Assembly (NCBI GenBank): GCA_000002445.1
Contig: CP000069.1
Coordinates: forward strand, 704,001 to 768,000
Direction: 5' to 3'
From: Trypanosoma brucei
Lineage: Eukaryota
Length of the DNA stretch: 64,000 nt
Of the stretch, positions 1 to 10,948 are shown one piece after another; position 1 is the first letter of the stretch; every line of letters begins with the position of its first letter. Made by a program: the position numbers and the translations under genes. The notes under the pieces are model-generated. The model was not told the origin of the DNA. It made no database searches and saw only the letters and a program-made list of their open reading frames with translations.

Positions 1-536
1 GAGCTTCCATAAGCGCTACCTGAAGTCACTGGTAGATGGTGGCGGTTGTTCCCAATGTACTTCGGTCAACTGAACATAAGCAAGGGCAAGTACGCGAGAT
101 GTAGGGAGCGATCAAGCGAAGGGGAAGAAAACCAAAAAGGGAGAATAGTCAAGAAAGGACAGTCGAATCTTAGTTTCTGGAACTGCTCTCGCTTTTTTAG
201 CTTTAGTTCCTAACTTCTGAAGAATATCATATCCAAATACGAATATTATCAAATGGCTTGATGGTAGGTGGCCCGTATTTTTGCTTCTTTGTGTTTCTTG
301 CCTTCTCAGGCTTGGTTGTTAGACCTATGGTAGTAACAATTACATCATTGTTTTTCTTTCGACACCCCCGCACGGTGACGCCGATGGTAAGGTTACCGAC
401 GTGCGGGGTGCCACTTCGCTCCACTACTATTTCCATGATGTGTGACATAAACATGCTACTTATTATCTCGCTTACTCTTTTGAGCAAGGGTAAGTCTGTG
501 GAACGGTGATATTGTTGGTTTGACGACCCAAGCACT

Positions 537-2921
537 ATGTTGCGGCCATTCGTCGGGAGGATAGGACCGCTGGGAGGCCATGGGCACAGAAGGATGGTGT
601 GTAGCACCATCTGCCTGTTTCAGCGTGGCCAGTGGGGAAATGAAGGGTCCAGAGGAGATCAGCGCAACTACGACAATCGAGGTGGCCGAGGCGAGTGGGG
701 AGACCGGGGCGGTCAGCGTGGTGACAATCAGCGCGACTACGGAGATCAGCGCAACTACGACAATCGAGGTGGCCGAGGCGAGTGGGGAGACCGGGGCGGT
801 CAGCGTGGTGACAATCAGCGCGACTACGGAGATCAGCGCAACTACGACAATCGAGGTGGCCGAGGCGAGTGGGGAGACCGGGGCGGTCAGCGTGGTGACA
901 ATCAGCGCGACTACGGAGATCAGCGCAACTACGACAATCGAGGTGGCCGAGGCGAGTGGGGAGACCGGGGCGGTCAGCGTGGTGACAATCAGCGCGACTA
1001 CGGAGATCAGCGCAACTACGACAATCGAGGTGGCCGAGGCGAGTGGGGAGACCGGGGCGGTCAGCGTGGTGACAATCAGCGCGACTACGGAGATCAGCGC
1101 AACTACGACAATCGAGGTGGCCGAGGCGAGTGGGGAGACCGGGGCGGTCAGCGTGGTGACAATCAGCGCAACTACGACAATCGAGGTGGCCGAGGCGAGT
1201 GGGGAGACCGGGGCGGTCAGCGTGGTGGCAATCAGCGCGACAACTCTAACCAGTTCGGATACAGGAACGAGAGAGATGGTGGGATCGGACGGCAGCGGTC
1301 GGCGCGCGACAATTTTGGCGCCCATGACAATCGTGCTTCCGATGAACGTGGATCAACTGACCCCGCCGTGGGAGAAGTGTTTGATGAACAAGCTGCCAAG
1401 ATCCTCTACGAACTGAAACGCCGGTTTAAGAGCTCAAAAACCGGGAAAGAGAGAAGGGACGTACAACGTGAGGCCCGCCGCATCGTGCGGCGAGCGCGCG
1501 TCGACCCATCGACCCAGGACGAGAAATCGGTGACACTACTTCTCAACTGTGCCGCTACCTTCCGGTGCTATCCACATACAGAGGGAATCAAACAGGCTAC
1601 AGAATGGATGCGGAAAAATATTGACGGCTTGTCACCCCAAAACGTGGCCCTCTTCACGAACGCAATTGGAGCGCTCTCGGTAGTGGATAGCGATACCATT
1701 TTAATTAATGAGATATCTCCTGCAGTGGAAGCTTGTTACGGGCAAATGAACCCCGTGGAATTAGTGATGACCCTGCAAGCCTTCCAACGTGGGAGAATAA
1801 CAGAAAATGAAGACCTTCAGGTATCACTATTGCAGCAGTTAGTAACTTGTGTGCCGCAGATGCCGGCGCCCCAACTGTCCACCCTGGCGGGCGTCTTGGT
1901 GGACACACCTCTCCGGAAACGTGACGAAGCGACGTGGCAGGAGATCGCCAAAACTGTCGTCTCAAAGGCAGCCAGCGGTGCGGAGAACATGCATTCTCGA
2001 GAGGTTATAACGCTTCTAAAAGCCACACCGCGCCTTGGTGTCCCGGAAGACCACAGTTTCCATCTGGTTGATCGGGCCATTGCGACAGTGGGGTTCCACA
2101 CGGACGAGCAAATTGGGGAGCTTCTTGAAGCAGTATCATACTACCGTGATCCTCAAAAGACTTGTGGGAGGGAGCTGAACGAAAAACTCGACAAATTGGT
2201 TGATGCCCTATGGGCTCGTCTTCAGAAAGTGGCGCCCTTTGCGGATGCTGCAAGTGTTACAACGATCATGCGTGCCGCGCACAGGTCAGGTGTCGATGTT
2301 CCTCGTGACATTGTGAGCACTCTGGTTCAAGCGGTGATGAGGGAGCTCCGTTACCACCGTTTTACCTTCCGGCGAGTGGCGTCATTGTCTGAGGCTTTGG
2401 CGTTGCAGAAGGTACCCGCGAAGGAGCTACTCGTCATGCTTGGCGACTACTGCATCGGAAAGCGACCTCCACGGGAGGAGCGCGGCGAGAACACCCCCGT
2501 TGATGACCATAACTCAGGAATTGAAGAACGCATGGACATATATGCTCGCTTCCTTGGGGACTTGACAAAAGCGCGTATTGCACTAGAAAATGCCCACAGT
2601 TCCAACGCCGGAAACGGTGAACCGGGTTCAAGTGTTTCTCAGATTCTTGCACAGAGGCTGGAAGACAGCGTGGGCTCCGCCCCTCCGCGGGAGCTTCTCA
2701 AGTCTGTGCGAGCGATCTGCACCGCAGCTGACGACTGCCCGTTTCGAAATCGTGCGAATGACGGAAAGATCATAGCACTGTCTGAGCAACGGATTGCGAA
2801 GGAGGGCGCCAGTTTCATGGAGGGAGTGCGCAAGACGACCATGGAAAATTTTCTGTCGGCTGTTAGTGGCATTCCACAGGCGCAGAAGGTGGTTGAGGTA
2901 CTTTCCCACCAAACTAGGTAA
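537..2921 (+). CDS. RGG1: RGG-repeat RNA-binding protein. The N-terminus has about 7 copies of the 29-aa unit GDQRNYDNRGGRGEWGDRGGQRGDNQRDY, and the C-terminal half is helical. It is probably the mitochondrial oligo(U)-binding protein TbRGG1.
   Basis: Long + ORF whose N-terminus is encoded by the 87-bp tandem repeat at 657-1250, with RGG/RGD-rich Arg-Gly repeats. Its position just upstream of a RAC/AKT-like kinase and the tandem adenosine kinase genes matches what I recall of T. brucei chromosome 6. The true start may lie downstream of 537. Confidence 0.6.
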   Translation: MLRPFVGRIGPLGGHGHRRMVCSTICLFQRGQWGNEGSRGDQRNYDNRGGRGEWGDRGGQRGDNQRDYGDQRNYDNRGGRGEWGDRGGQRGDNQRDYGDQRNYDNRGGRGEWGDRGGQRGDNQRDYGDQRNYDNRGGRGEWGDRGGQRGDNQRDYGDQRNYDNRGGRGEWGDRGGQRGDNQRDYGDQRNYDNRGGRGEWGDRGGQRGDNQRNYDNRGGRGEWGDRGGQRGGNQRDNSNQFGYRNERDGGIGRQRSARDNFGAHDNRASDERGSTDPAVGEVFDEQAAKILYELKRRFKSSKTGKERRDVQREARRIVRRARVDPSTQDEKSVTLLLNCAATFRCYPHTEGIKQATEWMRKNIDGLSPQNVALFTNAIGALSVVDSDTILINEISPAVEACYGQMNPVELVMTLQAFQRGRITENEDLQVSLLQQLVTCVPQMPAPQLSTLAGVLVDTPLRKRDEATWQEIAKTVVSKAASGAENMHSREVITLLKATPRLGVPEDHSFHLVDRAIATVGFHTDEQIGELLEAVSYYRDPQKTCGRELNEKLDKLVDALWARLQKVAPFADAASVTTIMRAAHRSGVDVPRDIVSTLVQAVMRELRYHRFTFRRVASLSEALALQKVPAKELLVMLGDYCIGKRPPREERGENTPVDDHNSGIEERMDIYARFLGDLTKARIALENAHSSNAGNGEPGSSVSQILAQRLEDSVGSAPPRELLKSVRAICTAADDCPFRNRANDGKIIALSEQRIAKEGASFMEGVRKTTMENFLSAVSGIPQAQKVVEVLSHQTR
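657..1250 (+). repeat. 87-bp perfect tandem repeat. Six full units plus one truncated 69-nt unit and flanking partial units, all inside the RGG1 coding sequence.
   Basis: The motif gatcagcgcaactacgacaatcgaggtggccgaggcgagtggggagaccggggcggtcagcgtggtgacaatcagcgcgactacgga recurs at 657, 744, 831, 918, 1005 and 1092 with identical sequence. All three forward frames and the reverse frames stay open across it. Confidence 0.95.
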
Positions 2922-3431
2922 AAACACCTCCTTGGCAAGGTGGAGGTGGGCCTCTGCACAAACGCAATCACATGTAAGTGACATGTGCCAATCTGTAATA
3001 ATCCTTTACGTTCACAGAAATGCCTTTGTTATCCACATGCACATACACGAAGAGGCGGAGCGGAAAAGAGAAAAAAAAGATAAAAATAGGACCCTGAGGG
3101 GCTTCTATTTATCGGAAAATTTTCTTTTTCTTGAATCCACGACCTCCAGCGGCGCGCGTGTCAGGGTGACCTCACTAGGGGTGTGCTGACCGTAGGAGTA
3201 AAGTATAAACCGTATGTTTCTCTCATTTGTTCATTAGTGTTCCTTCGGGGATGGTTGACAGTAGGGCTACCAATGTATGGTAGTAGGAAGGTTCACCAAC
3301 GCTGAGACGCATTGTACATGCAGTCACTTATCTTCTTTTTCTTTTTTTGTGAACTTCTGAGACGGTTGAAGGGCCGTGAAGAGCAAATTTAGACTGACAA
3401 GAGGAATAAAATAGCTTGTAGGAGCTGATGC

Positions 3432-4649
3432 ATGTCTGGGCTATGGAGTTTTAGGGACAATGCCCCCTCATCGCATTGTGTTGGTGCGACAACGAGGGCG
3501 GTGTTGCCAGCTTCCGCCGACGAAATTGTATTGCAAGATGCACTGGTGGAGAGCAGTTCAATGCTGGTGGGAAATGCGGTACGTGGCTTCGAGACGGTCA
3601 CCGATGTTGGTTTGGTCGTTGAGGAAATGCAGGTAGAGTGGGTTGAGAAAACGCTGGGAATTCTTAAGAGTTCTTCGTATCACTTAAGCAATCAGTGCGA
3701 AAAGGGGTCTGAGTCGATGCTAAATCACCCTGGTGAGGGCTGTTCCTCGACAGCAACTTCTTTGAACCTGTTGGACGAAGAAGACATGGAAGTAGTGCGT
3801 TCACTACTGAAACCTCGCGATGATTGTGGCATCAAAGTTCGCGGGGCTACATCTAAGCGGAACTGTGGGCCCATTGAACCCTCATCGTCCGTGTTGCGCA
3901 CAGCGGGTACGGCACCGCGGAGGCGAGATCGACCGTGCGCCGCTGAACCACGCGAGGTAGACACTGTGCCTGTTGTAAGGGTTCAAGTAGCTCGAAAGAG
4001 CGGCACGCGGCCGTTTGTTGCTGCAGAACTGCTTGACTATCCGCTTAAACCATCATGGAACAACACCAGAGGTTCTGCCCAACGATTGAAAGAGCGCGTT
4101 CCTGCCACGCGCATGCCGCAGCGAGCAGCTGTTGGGCCAGCCAATCAGATTATCTGTGATTCCACAAGTTTTCTCATACCGGGGTCAAACATTTCGCTGA
4201 AACAGCCAAAGGAAGTGACATCGATTTGTAGGACGCGGAAGAAAGCGCCACTCTACGATGCGCTGCCACTACAGACGCAAGTTACCCTCTTGTCACTTGA
4301 GGCTACCCGACAAAGTGGGTGGCACCGTGATTTCTTGGATAAGTTCGACACAATCGCACGCAAGTGGCGCTCCCTTCACATGAGGAAGTTTGTTTGGGGG
4401 AGGTGGTGTTTTCGTCAAGGTAAAAGGGTTGGGGTGCCAATTTCCGTACTCGTAGCAGTGACTGACTCTTCCTTTCTCACCCCCCAGCGTGTAGGCTCTT
4501 TTCCACTATTAGCCGGCCATGCCATGAAGGCTATCGACGGTCCTGACGCTCGACTCCTCCGCTGGTACTTTGTGATGTGGGTGGCCGCCGTCCAAAGGGT
4601 GCAGGAGCAACGTTCATCTGCAGGAAGATTTGGTCCCATACATTCATAA
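3432..4649 (+). CDS. hypothetical protein with no recognisable domain
   Basis: 405-aa + ORF in the correct orientation for the polycistron. No motif recognised. Confidence 0.4.
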   Translation: MSGLWSFRDNAPSSHCVGATTRAVLPASADEIVLQDALVESSSMLVGNAVRGFETVTDVGLVVEEMQVEWVEKTLGILKSSSYHLSNQCEKGSESMLNHPGEGCSSTATSLNLLDEEDMEVVRSLLKPRDDCGIKVRGATSKRNCGPIEPSSSVLRTAGTAPRRRDRPCAAEPREVDTVPVVRVQVARKSGTRPFVAAELLDYPLKPSWNNTRGSAQRLKERVPATRMPQRAAVGPANQIICDSTSFLIPGSNISLKQPKEVTSICRTRKKAPLYDALPLQTQVTLLSLEATRQSGWHRDFLDKFDTIARKWRSLHMRKFVWGRWCFRQGKRVGVPISVLVAVTDSSFLTPQRVGSFPLLAGHAMKAIDGPDARLLRWYFVMWVAAVQRVQEQRSSAGRFGPIHS

Positions 4650-5320
4650 TACCAAAGAATAAAAAAGTAGATTGATACATATATAGATCTATGCAGAGAT
4701 ATGGATACGCACTCGAGTATGTGTGTGACTTCGTACCTGAATGTGAATGGAGATAGTGCTTTATTTCCTTATATGCTTGGAAGGTGCCACCGTACAGAGC
4801 ACATGCACTCTCAGCCACTGTTTGCCGCTGCGGTGGGTGGTAAAATGTCATCGTTGCGAGCTGTGTAGGTCGACCATCGCAGTGCCCAGGGTTTGAACGG
4901 CACCGGGCCTACATCGTTGCTAACTTTTTAACAGTTGTGGTTAACTTGTTTTCACCTCTTTTTTTTCTCGTCAGTCTGTGAAATACAGCAACCAAAAAAC
5001 ACAAAAGGAAAAGGTGCGATAGCAAGTGGGCCGGGTGAAAGTGTAGGTGGGGAGGGAAATCGTTCAATCACACTATATTCATCTGCTTATATATACAAGC
5101 ATTCACATCTGAATCTGGCCTACCTCCACTGCGACGTGCTGGAACCATCATTGAAAAGGACCGAAGCAGTTGTGCGAATATAGGTAACCATACAGTCAGT
5201 GGAAGATAGCAACTAGTCGGTACTGGGGCGGGGGAAAAAGAACAGAAAAGAGCCGTGTGGTGTGGTAGTTATCCGCGTCTAAAGGGAAGGGCACTACTGT
5301 ACGAGCAGCGCCGGTGACAA

Positions 5321-6697
5321 ATGACCATCGATTACTCAGGTTTTCTTGATGAACCGAGTGGAGCCTCCAGCGAGGTAACCGCATCGCGGTACTTTGAGAT
5401 CCGTGGGTCGATACTTTACTGCTGGACTTATAAACCCGAGAATCCAGGAGACAAACCGCTTAGCTCCATTGATCTTACGGACGTGCACATTACACGGGAT
5501 GAAGCTGATCGGAGGTCGTGGTCAGTCCAGGGTGGAAAACTCCGCAAGCCGCATATGTTCACTGCTGAAAATGAGGAGGAAAGGGAGGTTTGGATAGAGA
5601 AGATGGCACATCCAAACCCTGCTAACACTGAGATACTTCGCACGTTAGAGCAAACTAGTGATGGGGATGATACAGCTCCTCTTTGCAGTGGTGGAAGCAA
5701 CAGGGTGTCTTTGAACGACTTCCAATTTGCGGCGAAAATTGGGAAGGGATCATTCAGCTCTGTGTATGCTGCTACAGAGAAAGCTACTGGTAAAACTTAC
5801 GCAATTAAAAAAATGGAAAAAGAGGTGATTGAGCGCTACAACATGATCGATAACATTTCTGCAGAGAGGCTCATTCTTCAGAAGATTGATCATCCTTTCA
5901 TCGTGTCCCTTCATTATGCCTTTCAAACCAAAGGCAGCCTTTACCTTGTGATGGATTTCTTATCCGGAGGAGAACTATTCTTTCATCTCGAATCTGTGTC
6001 GGTTTTTGACGAGTGGCGTGCAAAGTTTTATTGCGGCGAGATTGCGCTCGCCCTTGGCTATCTTCACGCGCAAGACATCATTTACCGCGACTTAAAGCCC
6101 GAAAACGCAGTGCTTGACGCGGATGGACACGTGTGCCTTACCGACTTCGGGCTTGCCAAGATGGATGTACGCGATGCTTGTAATTTCACCTTCTGTGGGA
6201 CTCCAGAATATATAGCTCCAGAGTTTCTGCTTGGGAAGCCCCACGGGAAGGCGGTTGACTGGTGGTCGCTCGGTATTCTACTATACGAGATGCTGGAGGG
6301 CATACCACCCTTCTACAGCGAGAATGTAAGTGCCATGTATGATAAGATACTGAGCTCCGAACTGCAGTTTGGCGACGGTGAGGGCGGGAGCAACAACATG
6401 CCCCAAATATCGGAGGAGGCCCAAGACCTTCTCCGCCGGCTCTTAGACCGCAACCCCGACACCCGACTCCAGGATGTGGAGGAGCTGAAAGGTCACCCAT
6501 TCTTTCGTGACCTCGACTGGGAAAAGCTGTTCCGGCGAGAGATTGAACCCCCGTTCCGCCCAGACGGCAACGCGCTGAGTAATTTCGATCAAGAGTTCAC
6601 TTCTGCGGACCCTCCAATGGTACAACCGGACGATGAAGTAGTGGAGGACAAAAGCATATGCGGTTTCACGTTTAATGGGAGATCAAGACCTACATAG
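5321..6697 (+). CDS. AGC-family Ser/Thr protein kinase with an N-terminal PH domain, of the RAC/AKT (PKB) type
   Basis: N-terminal PH-like segment (YFEIRGSILYCW...EEREVWIEKM). Kinase motifs GKGSFSSV, AIKKM, YRDLKPENAVLD, DFGLAK and GTPEYIAPE are present. An AGC C-terminal extension carries the FxxF-type hydrophobic motif (ICGFTFNG). Confidence 0.85.
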   Translation: MTIDYSGFLDEPSGASSEVTASRYFEIRGSILYCWTYKPENPGDKPLSSIDLTDVHITRDEADRRSWSVQGGKLRKPHMFTAENEEEREVWIEKMAHPNPANTEILRTLEQTSDGDDTAPLCSGGSNRVSLNDFQFAAKIGKGSFSSVYAATEKATGKTYAIKKMEKEVIERYNMIDNISAERLILQKIDHPFIVSLHYAFQTKGSLYLVMDFLSGGELFFHLESVSVFDEWRAKFYCGEIALALGYLHAQDIIYRDLKPENAVLDADGHVCLTDFGLAKMDVRDACNFTFCGTPEYIAPEFLLGKPHGKAVDWWSLGILLYEMLEGIPPFYSENVSAMYDKILSSELQFGDGEGGSNNMPQISEEAQDLLRRLLDRNPDTRLQDVEELKGHPFFRDLDWEKLFRREIEPPFRPDGNALSNFDQEFTSADPPMVQPDDEVVEDKSICGFTFNGRSRPT

Positions 6698-8043
6698 CGT
6701 TTGCTTGCATCCACTCTTAGGTGTGGCGCCTTCGTTAGGGACCGCAGCACCGGCTGCTGTTTCCAGAGCATCTTCCCTTGCTTCATTTTCGTCCTCTGTT
6801 TTACCGTTATGTGTGTGTGTGTGCTACCGCGGTAAAGTAACCTAGCATGTTTGACGTTGTGTGCCACTTTTTTATGTGGACGAACGGTCCCACATGTTGG
6901 GAAATGTTAGTCCCTCAAGCACGTACGTGTACGAGAGAGGAATGAATGTATCGTATGCTATCTAGTAAATCCAACAAAAAGCATTCCCCTTTCTTTGACA
7001 CCTCCAGCATATTGCGCACCCTTTAAGGTTTGCCGGACGCGATCCTTCTACTTTCTACAGTTCGTTTGGCACAACGAATGGGACATTGTGAAGAAATCAG
7101 TTGTTCGGAACATAATATATTGCCCTTGATTAGCTTTGCAGACGTTTGTACGCCATGTGTACGTACAGAGCGAGTGGCACATCCTTGTCAGTGAATTGAA
7201 GAAACGGGGGAAAGTACACACTTCCTGAGTTAGAGCATGGCCTCACACATGTCTCTCTCCAGTCTTTTTTCGACTCTACCCTCTATTTTTTAGTTTTGAT
7301 ATTGTATTCCCTTTCATCGTCGCCCCAGTACTCGAGACACAGCTCACATTACTTATAGGTACCGCAGTCACTCCGCACTACAAGAAAAATACCAGCAACA
7401 AGTCAAAGTTTGAAATAAAGGGGAGGAAATGCGTAATTTAAGTGCTTTGCATGTACGGTGCATTTTTAATGTATTGGACCGATCCACGACGGTGACGCAA
7501 CTGTTACCCTCAGGATGCCACTACAGATTCGACCGCTCTAGCACCACACAGAGGGTCTACATTATGAATAACTCACAACATAACACATGAACAACGAATG
7601 AGGGAATAAATGATAAGATAAGGAAATGTCATTTGTGAAGAGCGCATTTATATTGTATGCATGGAAAGATGCACTTAATGTGGTTCGGTTTGTGTATTTC
7701 TAATTTGCTGCTGTAGTTGCTGACGTTTGTGGGCACTCGATAGTATTCTGTGTTTCGTATGAGGACCCCTACGTCTCTTCTTCCTTTCTTTGGCTCACGT
7801 TATCTGTAGGTTGTGCTGTACGCTCTGCCTTGACTGCTACTCGTATTGTTAGTCGGTTGTCGTTTTCACCCGTTACACTGCTGCCCTATATATATATATT
7901 GGCTTCGGTCCCACACTTTACTACATTATTTGTTAACCTACTGCTGTGATGCCCCTTCTATCATAGGAAAGGTATTATTAAGAAAAAGGCGTGGCGCGGG
8001 TGCCCCACTTCGTGGAAGAGAGTGGTTCTTAACGAATTAAGCT

Positions 8044-8610
8044 ATGCGGGCGTGGAGTAACCTGCTAGCGTCTGTGACGATGGCGCCGTTTTTTCTGCTA
8101 TGTTTTGTCTGCTCTTGCGTTTGGCCCGCCGTAGCTACTGCGGGAAGCATTCCCCTTGCTGTTGTGGGCAGTGTCATCACTTCAGAGGATGCGTACCGTT
8201 TTATTGAGGTTCAAGCTGTCGACGGCGCCACAGGAGCTGTTGTGCGCTCCGTGCCACTGGATGCAACGCTTACCTTTACTTTTCACGGTCTACCCCAAAC
8301 TGTAAGTGAGGTGCGGCTCTTGCCGAGGCTGCCTGAGCGGCGGTTTCGTCTCGATAGCAGTGCCTCTGTACTCACTGCGCCTTTGCGGACAAAAGATGGG
8401 GATGGGTGGCTCCACTTATCCGCGATTGTAGAGCAGCAAGATGGTTCACAAGCAGGGGATCAATTACCTGGGAGTATAAGTGCGGCAGTTATGGCAGCGA
8501 TGATTATTGCCCTTGCGGTGATTGGCCGATATCGATTGTTGTCGCTGTTTCAGTTTCCGGCTCCAAAACCGCCGAAGTTGCGTCGTGTAGCTGTGGCAGT
8601 GAATCGGTAA
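8044..8610 (+). CDS. hypothetical type-I membrane protein (copy 1) with an N-terminal signal peptide and a C-terminal TM helix
   Basis: 188-aa ORF with a hydrophobic N-terminus (MAPFFLLCFVCSCVWPAVATA) and a C-terminal hydrophobic stretch (AAVMAAMIIALAVIG) followed by basic residues. Confidence 0.5.
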   Translation: MRAWSNLLASVTMAPFFLLCFVCSCVWPAVATAGSIPLAVVGSVITSEDAYRFIEVQAVDGATGAVVRSVPLDATLTFTFHGLPQTVSEVRLLPRLPERRFRLDSSASVLTAPLRTKDGDGWLHLSAIVEQQDGSQAGDQLPGSISAAVMAAMIIALAVIGRYRLLSLFQFPAPKPPKLRRVAVAVNR

Positions 8611-9017
8611 GGCGAGTTTATGGACACGTGTGTGTTCTTGACTTTTCTCACATTCGTATTGCGGTGTGCTGTTGCGAGCATTTTGCATTTTCTGGTGTTG
8701 GTGTTGGTGTTGGTGCTGGGTATAGGGGTGCTACTGCTTGTTTATATGTATGTGTGCGTGTAACTCTCACTAGCATATGAACTCGAGTACTTTCTTCCTG
8801 CCTCTGCTGCTCGTCTGTTATCATGAAGCAGGTACCTCCTAACTCCACTGAGTTTGTAATTGGGCGCATTTTAACCTTCCTGTTGCGTTGCCACTGTAAC
8901 AGCACTGTACCCCTTTCCTTCACTTCTGTGCATATGTGCGTGCCAACAACTTTCCGACGACCCGCTGTCTTGTAGAAAGTAGCAACAGGTGAGCCCGTCA
9001 CGCCTTCTCCCCTGACG

Positions 9018-9770
9018 ATGCCCGCACGTGGCTGTGCCCCTGTTGATGAGCAGATCGCTGGGACAGACACGGAAGGACGACGCTACAGGTCAGTGGAGGA
9101 GATGTGGGGACGCGAGTTGCAGGGTAACTTGTACGACGCGAAGACAGGGTGGTATGGTAAGTCTCTCCAGTACTGGGGCAGCGTTCCGGCTACCGTCAGC
9201 GGTGTACTGGGCGGTATGGATCATGTGCATGATATCGACATCCGTGATTCACGCGCTTTCATATGCTGCTTGCCGGAGCGCGGCACTACACGTGCACTTG
9301 ACTGCGGTGCCGGTATTGGTCGAATCACCAAGTCCCTTTTGTGCCACTTATACGATGTGACAGATCTTCTGGAACCGGTGGCAAGCATGCTGGAGAAGGC
9401 GAAAGAGGAACTTGAGGGGTTTCCAGTGGGCGATTTCTTTCAGTCGTCGATGGAGACAGCGAAGCTTCAACCGAAGACATACGACCTCATTGTTATTCAA
9501 TGGGCGGCGATCTATCTGACAGACGAGGACTTTGTTGCTTTCTTGGTACGCTGCAAGGAGGCACTGACACCGAAGGGGTACATATTCTTCAAGGAGAATT
9601 GCGCGTCTGACGACGAGTTCATTGTTGACAAGGAGGACAGTAGCCTGACGCGATCCGACAAGCACTACAAGCGTATATTTGCCGCTGCCGGTATTGAGGT
9701 TGTTAAGGAGGCTATGCAAGGCGATTGGCCTGATGATCTGCTGAAGGTGAAGATGTACGCACTACGCTAA
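9018..9770 (+). CDS. alpha N-terminal protein methyltransferase, NTMT1/METTL11A family (copy 1)
   Basis: Family signature GWYGKSLQYW...VSGVLGG...DIDIRDSRAF. SAM-binding motif I LDCGAGIGRITKSLL. The 250-aa length is typical of the family. Confidence 0.8.
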   Translation: MPARGCAPVDEQIAGTDTEGRRYRSVEEMWGRELQGNLYDAKTGWYGKSLQYWGSVPATVSGVLGGMDHVHDIDIRDSRAFICCLPERGTTRALDCGAGIGRITKSLLCHLYDVTDLLEPVASMLEKAKEELEGFPVGDFFQSSMETAKLQPKTYDLIVIQWAAIYLTDEDFVAFLVRCKEALTPKGYIFFKENCASDDEFIVDKEDSSLTRSDKHYKRIFAAAGIEVVKEAMQGDWPDDLLKVKMYALR

Positions 9771-10144
9771 GCAGTTGGTCCTCCCACCGGTTGTTGATGT
9801 GTTCTCACTTCTTGTTGGCGCATTGCTGTTGTCGTCACTTTGTTTTGTTGTTCTTTGCATGGTTTATTTTTTTCAATTAGAGGCCACTACCTCTGCGTTG
9901 CCATCGCTTGGCTTACCCTAACGGTGGCACTGCCAACCCTCGTACTCGTCACACGGTGGTCTTCTACCTCTGCATGAATTTTTTGTGTTATTTTTCTTAA
10001 TGTCCGACTATTTATTGTTGTTACGTCCCTTAGCTACTTTTGTGTGTGTTTAGTGTTGTTACTTTTGTAGCGGGTAAATCAATTCACGGTTATCAGGTTA
10101 AATAGGGGTAGCCATAATCAGGACTCTGGTGTGTAAAGGCGTGC

Positions 10145-10591
10145 GTGCGTAGACAGAGAGATTACATCGAGATGTCTGCACTTGCGGAGGCCGAGCGCAT
10201 GGAGCGCGAAAAAGCCCTTATGGAGGGACAGCAGCGGGTGGACATGCTCCGTGAGACGGTACGTATAATGGCGAATCGGCAAGCCGTTCTCGTCGGGACG
10301 AAGCGCCGTCTGCAAATTTCCACCGGAGAGTTGCAGCGTCTCTCTTCTGACCACTGTGTGTATGAGAGTGTGGGCCGCGTGTTTCTCCGGACACCGGTGC
10401 CGGCGTTCATAGAGAAGCAGATGGAGGCTGCAGAGAGGTGCGAGGCCGAAGAGAAGCGGCTGATGAGTGAGAAGCAGAGAGTTGTGGAGCAACTGCAGAA
10501 GGATGAAGTGCAGCTCCGTGAAGCAGCACAGCAGTACATGGCTGAAATGAGTGCCCGTCGGCAGTTACAACAGCAGCAGCAGAAACAGTAA
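10145..10591 (+). CDS. prefoldin beta-type subunit-like coiled-coil protein (copy 1)
   Basis: 148 aa, arranged as coiled coil, then a beta-hairpin segment (CVYESVGRVFLRTPVP), then coiled coil, with a Q-rich tail. The assignment rests on this architecture only. Confidence 0.45.
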   Translation: MRRQRDYIEMSALAEAERMEREKALMEGQQRVDMLRETVRIMANRQAVLVGTKRRLQISTGELQRLSSDHCVYESVGRVFLRTPVPAFIEKQMEAAERCEAEEKRLMSEKQRVVEQLQKDEVQLREAAQQYMAEMSARRQLQQQQQKQ

Positions 10592-10948
10592 CAGCTACGC
10601 TCTGCCCGCAATCGGCGTTCTAGGTATCTGCCGATATTGTGCATTTCTGTTGTCTGAGGTGTGCGCTACAGAATGTGCTGCTTTGGAGTGCGGCACCCTA
10701 TCAGCAAGGGTCCGTTCCAAGTAGTTTTGGCGTGCGTGTGTGAGTTTGACTGTGATGCATGGGACACCGTATAATTTAACGTCTCAGTCACTGGTGATTT
10801 CTAGGTCTGTTTTCATTTGTGTGTACCCTGTTTTCTGTTTCCATTCCTGTTCTGGGTACATCTTCCTCTTTTGTTTCTCAAACCCGTTATGTGAACGTGG
10901 GGAGGAAGGGAGTGTGTGGCACTCGGTCGGTTGCGTTGAAGGTGAGGT

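Noticed and set aside
657-1250. Regular direct repeats that superficially resemble a CRISPR array
   Set aside because: Units are contiguous with no spacers and sit inside a eukaryotic protein-coding sequence, so this is not CRISPR.
456-1416. ORFs 456-1325 (-) and 580-1416 (+) encoding repeat proteins (TISATTEISATTTIEVAEASGETGAVSVV… and VVALIVTTLTAPVSPLASATSI…)
   Set aside because: They are alternative reading frames of the same 87-bp perfect tandem repeat. A perfect repeat whose length is a multiple of 3 keeps every frame open. The frame continuous with the long downstream domain (537-2921) is the plausible one.
8406-8780. ORF 8406-8780 (and its copy 17272-17646), Cys/Gly-rich and overlapping the membrane-protein gene
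   Set aside because: It overlaps the 3' end of CDS 8044-8610 in another frame and runs into (TG)n-like low complexity. It is most likely non-coding.
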